Assembly: GCA_963718895.1 (NCBI GenBank) | Contig: CAVRAG010000008.1 | Coordinates: forward strand, 1,408,001-1,472,000 | Direction of reading: 5' to 3' | Length of the DNA: 64,000 bases | From: an uncultured Nitrososphaerota archaeon | Lineage (GTDB): Archaea > Thermoproteota > Nitrososphaeria > Nitrososphaerales > Gagatemarchaeaceae | Notes under the pieces: model-generated | The model's database searches: none | What the model was told of the DNA's origin: nothing | What the model saw: the letters and a program-made list of their open reading frames with translations, nothing else | In this document: piece after piece, positions 9,998 through 17,670 of the stretch | Layout of the letters: every line of letters starts with the position of its first letter | Numbering within the stretch: the stretch's first letter is position 1 | Program-made: the position numbers and the translations under genes

Positions 9998-11587
9998 TCA
10001 GGCCTTCGCGGCCTCGGGCGCCGAAGCAGGTGAGGCATCCGCTGGGGCTGCAGGTGCGCGCTCTGCGGACTTCTTCGGTACCTTCCCTTTGAAGAACAGG
10101 CCGAATCCGAAGGAGACGAAGATGAAAACTGCGAGAATGAGGAAGATCTCGTTGTACGTGGTCACGAGGCCGCTCAAGGAGGCGGCGGGCGAGGTAGCAC
10201 CCTTTGCCAGGGTCGCATAGCGCCACGTCTCGAAGGCGGTCAGCAGCGATATTCCAAGGGCTCCCCCGAGGCCCTGAAGGAAGCGGGTGAGTCCGATTGC
10301 TGCACCCACCTTGTCACTCGGAGCCTCGTTCTGGACTGCAATCGTCGGCCCCGCGAGGGAGAACCCGAGGCCGAATCCCAGAGGGATAAGCGGAAGAGCC
10401 AGTCCGCCTATGGGCAGGAACCCGTCGGCCAAGACCCACAGCTGCGTGGTAGGCGTCAGCTGCGTGAGAAAGAGCGACGCGACTGAGGCTATGGCTAGAC
10501 CCGGAGCGATTACGTTTCGGTAGGCAATCTTGGCCAGGAGCTGGCCCGAGATCGCTGCGCCGAGAACCAGCGGGACCGCAACGAAGTAGATGATGTCGCG
10601 GACGTCGTTGGCCGCGTTCGGACCACTGTTCAGGAGGACTATCCCAACGAAGACCGAGAGGAACGTGATCAGGGCGCTGAAGACGATTCCGCTGAAGAAC
10701 ATGACCCCGCTGGTCGCAGCTATGGTGCGCTGTTTCATCAGGCGGAGCGGGACGAGCGGCTCAGAGACTCGGAGTTCAAACCGGAGGAAGACGGCGAACA
10801 GCACCGCCGACCCCGCCAGGAGCGTTATGATCAGGGGATCTGTCCAGCTCAACCCCTCGTCCGAGACCTCGACGAGGGCGAACATCAGGGCGCCCACCCA
10901 TCCCGAGAGCAGCCCCGCTCCGGGGACGTCGAACCTGCCCGGATTCGTCGGACGCAGGGGCTTCAGGAAAAGCATGAGTACGATCACGGCCCCGATTCCG
11001 AATGGGAGGTTGATGTAGAAGACCCACCGCCAGGTCGTCACAGATACGATGTAGCTCCCCACGAGGGGGCCAAGGACTATGGCTAGCCCTGCTGCCCCGC
11101 TGAGGACTCCGGTGACCCGGGCACGCGTCTGGGGAGGGAACAGCACCGCGATCATTGCGATGGCGACTGGGAAGACGCCTCCGCCGCCGAACCCCTGTAT
11201 GGCACGGAAGGCGATCAGCTCGGTTAGGTTCTGGCTCAGGCCCGCGAGGGCGGAGCCCACGATGAAGATCGCAAGGCCGACGATGAAGACGTTGCGCCTG
11301 TTCGCGATGTCGGAGATCCTGGCGAAGATTGGGATGGAGATAGTCGAAGAGATTAGGTATCCGCCCGCCACGAAGGTGACCCCGTTGACCTGGTGCAGGT
11401 CGAAGGCGATTGTCGGGAGGACGGTGGCGACGACGAGGCCGTCCATCGCTCCCATCAGGATGGCGAGGAAGACCCCCACGAGAACGAGGACCGCCGGAGC
11501 GCCTGTGAGGTGCTGGGAAGTGGGAGGGTCGCTCGCCTTTGCGGTCTCCTCCACGGCATCTGGGGCAGACCACCCGGTAGCGTCCAT
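9998..11587 (-). CDS. MFS drug:H+ antiporter, 14-TM EmrB/QacA type
   Basis: MDGLVVATVLP, RAIQGFGGG, WRWVFYINLP. Confidence 0.9.
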   Translation of the reverse strand: MDATGWSAPDAVEETAKASDPPTSQHLTGAPAVLVLVGVFLAILMGAMDGLVVATVLPTIAFDLHQVNGVTFVAGGYLISSTISIPIFARISDIANRRNVFIVGLAIFIVGSALAGLSQNLTELIAFRAIQGFGGGGVFPVAIAMIAVLFPPQTRARVTGVLSGAAGLAIVLGPLVGSYIVSVTTWRWVFYINLPFGIGAVIVLMLFLKPLRPTNPGRFDVPGAGLLSGWVGALMFALVEVSDEGLSWTDPLIITLLAGSAVLFAVFLRFELRVSEPLVPLRLMKQRTIAATSGVMFFSGIVFSALITFLSVFVGIVLLNSGPNAANDVRDIIYFVAVPLVLGAAISGQLLAKIAYRNVIAPGLAIASVASLFLTQLTPTTQLWVLADGFLPIGGLALPLIPLGFGLGFSLAGPTIAVQNEAPSDKVGAAIGLTRFLQGLGGALGISLLTAFETWRYATLAKGATSPAASLSGLVTTYNEIFLILAVFIFVSFGFGLFFKGKVPKKSAERAPAAPADASPASAPEAAKA

Positions 11588-11683
11588 GATTGGAGCGGGT
11601 GGGGCGGCCGAGATTAGCCTTGTAGCGCGTATGCGCGCCTATCGGCAAAAATGTCTATACGGAGCCGCTACGGATGAAGAGGT

Positions 11684-12331
11684 ATGCGCAGGGTGACCAT
11701 AGAGCTGGACCTCGATGAGATGAGCAAGTTCGAGAACAACCCCATGCTCGAGAAGATCAAGAGCCTCGAGATACTCCAGTTCCTCAAGGACGGCCCCGAG
11801 GAGTTCGCTGCCATCTTCAGAATCGAGTTCGAGGACCAGACGGCCAAGGTCGAGGACTTCATAGATGACGACATACTCGATCTGCAGATGCTCGACCATG
11901 AGAAGAACGGGGCGTACATCTATTTCATCAAGAGCAAGCCAGCGGCGCATCCCTCAATCCAGTTCGACCCGTTCGCCGCAGGAGGGTACCTCTCCGTCCC
12001 GTTCGAGATAAGGGACGGAAGGGCGAGGATGAGCTACCTCGGGAGCGGTAAGCAGGTGAAGACTTTCCTCGATGGCATCGAGAAGGCTGGCGTCAAGTAT
12101 CGCGTGGCGCGGGTCTCTGACGCTAAGTTCCCCCAGGACTCGCCGCTCAGCCGGCTGACGGAGAAGCAGAGAAGGGTCCTGGTCGCCGCCTACAGGCTGG
12201 GCTACTATGACGAGCCGAGGAGGATAAGCTCGCTGGAACTGGCTAGGAGGATGAAGGTCGGGAGCTCGACGCTGATCAACCACAGGAGGAGGGCTGAGAG
12301 GCGCCTGCTCGCAGAACTCGTCGGCAGATGA
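11684..12331 (+). CDS. HTH-10 (bacterio-opsin activator-like) regulator
   Basis: LTEKQRRVLVAAYRLGYYDEPRRI...HRRRAE. Confidence 0.88.
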   Translation: MRRVTIELDLDEMSKFENNPMLEKIKSLEILQFLKDGPEEFAAIFRIEFEDQTAKVEDFIDDDILDLQMLDHEKNGAYIYFIKSKPAAHPSIQFDPFAAGGYLSVPFEIRDGRARMSYLGSGKQVKTFLDGIEKAGVKYRVARVSDAKFPQDSPLSRLTEKQRRVLVAAYRLGYYDEPRRISSLELARRMKVGSSTLINHRRRAERRLLAELVGR

Positions 12332-12355
12332 AGAGGAGCGGGCCAGCCCATCAGC

Positions 12356-12380
12356 GCGCGAGGCTTATCGCGCCTCGCGC
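12356..12380. repeat. 9-bp GC hairpin whose right side resembles the dispersed motif
   Basis: gcgcgaggc-ttatcgc-gcctcgcgc; aggcttatcgcgcctc matches 12/16. Confidence 0.4.
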
Positions 12381-12441
12381 ATCATTTGGACGGAGTCCAT
12401 GGCCCGAAAGCTTAAGTGCACAATGACTCGCGGCTATTATC

Positions 12442-12537
12442 ATGTCGCTCGAAATCGGTGAGTTGGACGATGACGAGTACGAAGCTGACTATGAGGCGGA
12501 AGGTCTGGACGAAGACACCGATGACGACGACATCTGA
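12442..12537 (+). CDS. 31-aa hyper-acidic microprotein (below ORF-track cutoff)
   Basis: MSLEIGELDDDEYEADYEAEGLDEDTDDDDI; BRE/TATA-like CGAAAGCTTAAG at 12405-12416. Confidence 0.55.
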   Translation: MSLEIGELDDDEYEADYEAEGLDEDTDDDDI

Positions 12538-12631
12538 GTTGCGACAGCGCTAGACAGTCAAATCGACCCACGGTTAGAGGTGCTGGACGATTGTCGAGGA
12601 GAGGTTGACCCGTCCCTCCGCCAGAAAGAGT

Positions 12632-13768
12632 CTAGGTGAGGGAACCCACGATGGCGTTTGAGAACCTGCCCAGTATTGCGCCGCTCCCATCGAAGGGCTG
12701 ATTCGTCAGGACGACGCAGGCAAGCGAGCTCTCAGGGTCGGCCCAGCAGAGGGTCCCGGTCGCCCCCCAGTGCCCGAACGTCCCGGGCGAGACGAGGTCT
12801 CCGAAGACAGAGTTGGACGGCGACTTCAGCTGCCATCCGAGTCCCCAGGGATGGTCGCGTCTGACGCTCTCCGGAATCGGCAGGAACGTCTCCACTTGGT
12901 TGCTCGTCATGGCCCGCACGGTCGCCGGGCTGAGAATCTGCCTGTCGCCCGAGGTTCCTCGGTTCAGGAACGCGTTCAGGAATCTCGACAGGTCGGTCGC
13001 CGTTGAGAACATCCCTCCCCATGGGTACCCGAGGCTCCAGAGGTATCGGCTGTTCCAGTTCCAGTCCGTGGCGTCCGCCCCTCCGTACTGGAAGCCTCCA
13101 GGGGGGATGTTTACCTGGCTTACCCTCTCCGACTTGGACCAGTTGACCCCGAGCGACGAATCGACCATGCTGAGGGGCTGGAATATCTCGCGCTGCATGA
13201 AGTCGGCGAGAGGCATCCCCGTGACGTGCTGGACGATATCCATCAGCATGGCCATCCCGCAGCTCTGATAGCTGAAGCTCGTGCCGGGCTCGAAGAGGAG
13301 CGGGGTCCTGTAGATCTTGCGGAGGAAGTCGTCGAGGGTCGCGTGGTGTGACCTCAGCTCCATGTTCTCCGGGAGCTGGTCTGGCAGCCCGCTGGTGTGG
13401 GTGAGGAGGTGGCGCACCAAGACTCTGTCCCTCTGGCCCCCATCGCCGAACTCCGGCACGATGGAGCAGACGGGGTCATCTAGGCGCAGGCTTCCCTTCT
13501 CCACCAGCATCATCGCGGCCGTGGAGGTCACCGGTTTGGTCAACGAGGCAATCAGGAATATCGTGTCGGCCTGGACCGGAAGGTCTTCCTTGATCGACCT
13601 CCTCCCAAAGGCCTGCGGTTCCAGCGGTTCCCCGTCCTTGCTTATCCGGACCGCACACCCCATGATCCTTCCCTCTTCGACGGCTCTTCGCAGGATCGTG
13701 TAGGCCACCTCCAGTCGTTTCGATGATAGGCCCATCTGCTCGGGCTCGCTGGTCAGTCTGGGTTGCAC
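12632..13768 (-). CDS. serine hydrolase, class C beta-lactamase-like
   Basis: ASLTK (SxxK), LLTHTSG, FSYQS, FGHWGATG; GTG start chosen from a TATA box near 13800. Confidence 0.88.
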   Translation of the reverse strand: MQPRLTSEPEQMGLSSKRLEVAYTILRRAVEEGRIMGCAVRISKDGEPLEPQAFGRRSIKEDLPVQADTIFLIASLTKPVTSTAAMMLVEKGSLRLDDPVCSIVPEFGDGGQRDRVLVRHLLTHTSGLPDQLPENMELRSHHATLDDFLRKIYRTPLLFEPGTSFSYQSCGMAMLMDIVQHVTGMPLADFMQREIFQPLSMVDSSLGVNWSKSERVSQVNIPPGGFQYGGADATDWNWNSRYLWSLGYPWGGMFSTATDLSRFLNAFLNRGTSGDRQILSPATVRAMTSNQVETFLPIPESVRRDHPWGLGWQLKSPSNSVFGDLVSPGTFGHWGATGTLCWADPESSLACVVLTNQPFDGSGAILGRFSNAIVGSLT

Positions 13769-13878
13769 ATCCGCGAGCCTCCGCAGACGGAGCGACGCTA
13801 TATATCGTGCGGCCCGTGGACGCCCATCCGTCACCGCCTGCCGCGCTCTCATGTGTACAGGGCGCATGAAGGGGAGCG

Positions 13879-13897
13879 AGTTTCGTCGCGCCTCCTC
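13879..13897 (+). repeat. copy of the dispersed motif
   Basis: agtttcgtcgcgcctcctc, 14/19, between divergent genes. Confidence 0.55.
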
Positions 13898-13933
13898 GCG
13901 CACCCTTAAGAATCATGCGGGTCACCTGAGGAC

Positions 13934-14452
13934 ATGCGAAGGTACGCCGTCTTTGGTCCTGCCGACCGTTATCCCCCTGCGCCGGGAGGGGGCATGTGCA
14001 TCAGCGTCTTCGCCATAGTGAGACGCGAAGGGAAGCTGCTGATGGGCGTCCCCAAGGGCAAGCGGAGATGGATCTCCGACTGGGTCCCCGCCTGGGGCAG
14101 CTACACGAAGGAAGACCTGGACTCGGAGTTCAAGCGGTGGCGCCTCCCGTCGGGCTACCTGCTTGAAGGCGAGCACCCAGACCAGACAATCAAGCGTGTC
14201 ATGAAGGAGTAGTTGCGGGTCAGGAGCTTCGCAGTGTCGTCCTCCCGCGTCCTGTCATACGCCACGCCGAGCGACTGGTACCCCGGGAACGTCCACTGGG
14301 ACCTCGTGTTCGCCTACGAGGTCAACGTCAGAGGACCAATCAAGAAGCCTCCATGGTGGAATGAGCTCAGGTTCCTCGCCAGGTCCGAGTTGCAAAGCGT
14401 CGAGTTCGGCTGGAACGACGACTTCATGAGAGACCTCAAGCTGGTCGGGTAG
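13934..14452 (+). pseudogene. NUDIX-fold gene split by an in-frame TAG
   Basis: 13934-14212 and 14213-14452 share a frame; TAG 14210-14212 aligns with Gln of paralog 5619-6206 (VMKE*L vs ILREQL). Confidence 0.8.
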
Positions 14453-14505
14453 GGCGCGCTGCGCCGGCGCGGTTATATTTCGGGCGAACGCGGCCACGTC
14501 GCTCG

Positions 14506-15507
14506 ATGCGCAGTCAGAAGCTCGCAGCTCCTCTCGTGGCCACCCTCCTGTTGGTCTCGTTCCTCAGCCTGGTCTCCCCCGCTCACGCCGCGACCCAGCC
14601 TCCCGTCGACGTGAAGACCGGGGCCTACGTCCTGAACATCTACAACTTCAACGTTGGGCAGGGCACGTTCTCGGCCGACTTCTATCTCTGGTTCTCTTGG
14701 TATGGGAACTTTTCCTACGACAGCGCATCGCCCACGACGCCCGTTCCCGGCGGTTTCGAGCTCATGAACGGCGTAGTCACCAAGTCGACGCTCATCGAGT
14801 CAGACCAGAATCTGAGCGGCAGCGGATACAACTATCTGATCTACAGGATTCAGGCATCGATGACGGATCCGATCAACCTGCAGAACTACCCGTTCGACCA
14901 CCACAACCTCACCATCGAGATTGAGGACCAGGACAACAACGAGCAGACCCTCGTCTACACCGCCGATTCCCAGAGCCGCATCGATCCGTCGGTCAAGCTG
15001 CAGGGCTGGCAGCTCCAGACGTCGCCGGTCAACGCGACCGTCATCAGCCACTTCTATAACACGACGTTCGGCGACCCGGTCCAGAACTACACCGAGACCT
15101 ATTCCAGGTTCGAGATCTCGATAGCTATTCAGAGGCCCCTGCTCTCTTCGGTCGCGGAGACCTTCATCCCCATCCTGCTCATCCTGATAGTCGCAATGAT
15201 CTCCTTCCTCATCAAGCCGACCGAGTTCGGAGCCAGGCTGGGGCTGAACGTGACGACGCTTCTCACGGCGGTAGCGTTCCAGATCAACCTGACGAACGGC
15301 ATCCCGCAGTTCGGGTTCCTCACTCTGGCAGACAGACTGATGATTAGCCTCTACATCATACTGACCTACTCGTTGTTCATGACTGTGAGTCTGGCGGCCA
15401 TAAAGGGCGAGAGAGGGACGCGCGCGGTCAAGCGCCTCAACGACGCCAGCGCGATCATCATGCCGATGGTGATGCTGGTGCTCCTAGTCCTCGATTTCGT
15501 CCTGTGA
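14506..15507 (+). CDS. pentameric ligand-gated ion channel (GLIC/ELIC-like, Pro-loop)
   Basis: Signal peptide; FSADFYLWFSW; NYPFD loop; pre-M1 QR; four TM helices with M1 Pro, M2 ARLGLNVTTLLT, IPQFGFLTLAD. Confidence 0.9.
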   Translation: MRSQKLAAPLVATLLLVSFLSLVSPAHAATQPPVDVKTGAYVLNIYNFNVGQGTFSADFYLWFSWYGNFSYDSASPTTPVPGGFELMNGVVTKSTLIESDQNLSGSGYNYLIYRIQASMTDPINLQNYPFDHHNLTIEIEDQDNNEQTLVYTADSQSRIDPSVKLQGWQLQTSPVNATVISHFYNTTFGDPVQNYTETYSRFEISIAIQRPLLSSVAETFIPILLILIVAMISFLIKPTEFGARLGLNVTTLLTAVAFQINLTNGIPQFGFLTLADRLMISLYIILTYSLFMTVSLAAIKGERGTRAVKRLNDASAIIMPMVMLVLLVLDFVL

Positions 15508-15588
15508 AGGAAGCCCGGGGGGGAACGTCGGACCTTCCTCAATGTGTAAGGAACGACGCGGCGGAGACCCCGGCGAGGCTGGGAAGTC

Positions 15589-15852
15589 TTGTCTAACCCT
15601 CAGACCGGGACAGAGGGCCAACCCGGGGCCTCTGAGACCGATGAGAGCCGTACCCGCCTGCAATAGCGGCTGAAAGGGCTCAGGATAGACCACATCGCCT
15701 ACAATCGCGCGGCCACCCATTTCAGCCAAAGGAGCAGGGCGCTGGGTCCGGCGGTGACGGTCCTCACCGTTCTTGCCGGCACCAGCCTGTTCACCGGCCT
15801 TTCCTCACCCTCCAACCTCCAGGCGGTCGTGCTCGTCGCCGGAGCGGTCTAG
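15589..15852 (+). pseudogene. SLATT-like 2-TM effector remnant
   Basis: RLQ*RLKGLRIDHIAYNRAATHFSQRSRALGPAVTVLTVLAGTSLFTGL...GAV*; two TAG stops. Confidence 0.5.
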
Positions 15853-15859
15853 CTCGCCA

Positions 15860-16631
15860 TCATATTTGAGGAGTTTGTGCGGCAGTGGGCTCGAGGTCGT
15901 TAGGGTAGTAGCCGATCAATCGGACCCCGTCCACTTCAACGTCCAGGTTGACCTGCCATCTGCGGACGCCGCTCTCCGTCGCCCTCCTTGATGCATCGAC
16001 GGATCCTCCCGTTGTAGCGGTCCCTCGGCGGGGGCTTGAAGGGCGCCGCGTTGTAGAGATAGCACATTGCAATCACGGCCTTCTTCCCGCCCTGCAGTGC
16101 TGCAGACAGCTCGGTCATGTGCCTGATCAGCCTATCGAAGGAATTGAACCGTGAATGGTCAGCCTTCTCGACCGTCCCGGTCGGTAGCATGATGAGGGGA
16201 GACTTGACCTCGACGTAGGTCTCTCCCACCAGGAAGTCGATGCGGGAGTTTCCCACCTTCACCTCTCTGCGGATGCTGCCAGAGGCCATCCTGCTCAGAA
16301 GCCCTCTTTCAAGGAAGAACTCGATGTACCTGTTTGCCGCATTCTGGTTTATCCCGACCCAGTGTCTCTGCGCCGTTGCGGTACGGTCGAAGGATATCGC
16401 CTGGACGGTCCCCTGGGTCTTCCCCGTCCCACCCGTCGACCGGGAGAAGAGGCAGGGCAGCGAGGAAATCCTCGCGTCTCCCAGGCGGCCGGTGGTAGGG
16501 CAGTGGCACCTAATCGTCTTCCTACCCGCCTTGACAAGCATGATGAAGCGGTTGGGCCTGGAAGTCACGATGCCCTCCTCAAGGGGTCTTGGGAACCGGA
16601 ACACGTCCCGTTCCTCGGCGGCGGATTCCAA
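15860..16631 (-). pseudogene. sfsA: SfsA family nuclease with a +1 frameshift near the 3' end
   Basis: RPNRF, HCPTTGRL, RIDF, YVEVKS; an extra base near 16001 shifts the C-terminus into the 15860-16072 frame. Confidence 0.8.
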
Positions 16632-16858
16632 CGGCCGCTCATGCGTCGAGCCGCTTGATAGATTCTTGGATGGTGTCGTTAGAGCGGAGGCTGCCCCGCA
16701 GGACATAGCGTTAAGTAGCTCAGCGTCGTCTCCGCCGACAGATCCAGAAGGCGACGGCCGGGACCTTCGACCCGCTGTTTGAGGAGTTCGTCTCGAAGGT
16801 TCTGGCTGAGAAGTAGACCGTAACGCGTAAATGGATGGCGTTCGCTTGAGGTGGCCGA

Positions 16859-16948
16859 TTGGCAGCCGCAAAGAAACGGGCTAAGAAGCCGCAGAAGAAG
16901 ACAAAGAGCAGCGGAAAGAAGTACGGGATTCTCATAAACGAAAAGTGA
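16859..16948 (+). CDS. 29-aa Lys-rich microprotein
   Basis: MAAAKKRAKKPQKKTKSSGKKYGILINEK from a TTG start; GAGGTG Shine-Dalgarno just upstream. Confidence 0.45.
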   Translation: MAAAKKRAKKPQKKTKSSGKKYGILINEK

Positions 16949-17133
16949 GACTGTAAGATATCTCGCCCACTCGGCGCGGGCTACTCGCAGCCCGGGGGCT
17001 TGTCTACTATGTTCTCTAGACCGGTTTCCGCCCTTTTTGGACAACGCTCGTTCGTGGTGCTGCAACCACCTGATGCCGGTGTGGTGGAGGCGATCTCGGT
17101 TGCCGCTTATTAGCCCCCGCGCAGTCTTCCGGC

Positions 17134-17307
17134 ATGTCAAGGCCCGAGGACTGCAAACTCTGCGAGAAGGAAGGTTCAGTTCTCTCGATCACGGGCATGC
17201 AGATTCCCGTCGGTGAGAGGTGTTACACGAAGCTCGTCAACAAGGACGTGGTCTGGCAGCCGGAGACCAAGCTGAAGAAGCTGGAGGAGGCGCTGGAGAT
17301 AGGATAG
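17134..17307 (+). CDS. 57-aa putative zinc-binding microprotein
   Basis: MSRPEDCKLCEKEG...PVGERCYTKL...LEEALEIG; TATA-like CTTATTA at 17106. Confidence 0.6.
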   Translation: MSRPEDCKLCEKEGSVLSITGMQIPVGERCYTKLVNKDVVWQPETKLKKLEEALEIG

Positions 17308-17325
17308 GATCGGCCCGGACGCTCG

Positions 17326-17547
17326 TCAGAGAATCGCTGCGCCGATGCCGACGAGGACCGTCCCGAGTATCAAGAGGACGGCGGACACGTGGGCGAGCTG
17401 TCGCTTCTGCACCTCTTCTCTTCTTACCAGCCCGGCTATGCCAATTATCATGGCCAGCTCCACCATAGAGAGCTGCGCGTCGAAGAGCATCTTGAGGAAG
17501 ACCGTGTCAGCGCCTGACCCGCCGAGCATGGCCAGGAGAGTCAGCAT
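17326..17547 (-). CDS. small 2-TM membrane protein
   Basis: Two hydrophobic segments separated by RREEVQKR. Confidence 0.45.
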   Translation of the reverse strand: MLTLLAMLGGSGADTVFLKMLFDAQLSMVELAMIIGIAGLVRREEVQKRQLAHVSAVLLILGTVLVGIGAAIL

Positions 17548-17670
17548 AGTGGGGCCGTGCCTGAGACCGCGGCTGCCAGGACGTCGTAGTGCTGGTCGTG
17601 GTATGGCGGCGCGGCCAATCTACCCGTGATTGTGCGAATCCTGATAGAAACTTTGGTTGGTTCCGCTGGT

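Noticed and set aside
3575-15852. In-frame TGA/TAG codons as selenocysteine or pyrrolysine recoding
   Set aside because: The TAG at 14210 aligns with Gln (CAG>TAG), the PaaK-like gene also has a frameshift, and many intact genes here end in TAG or TGA. Decay or sequencing error is simpler.
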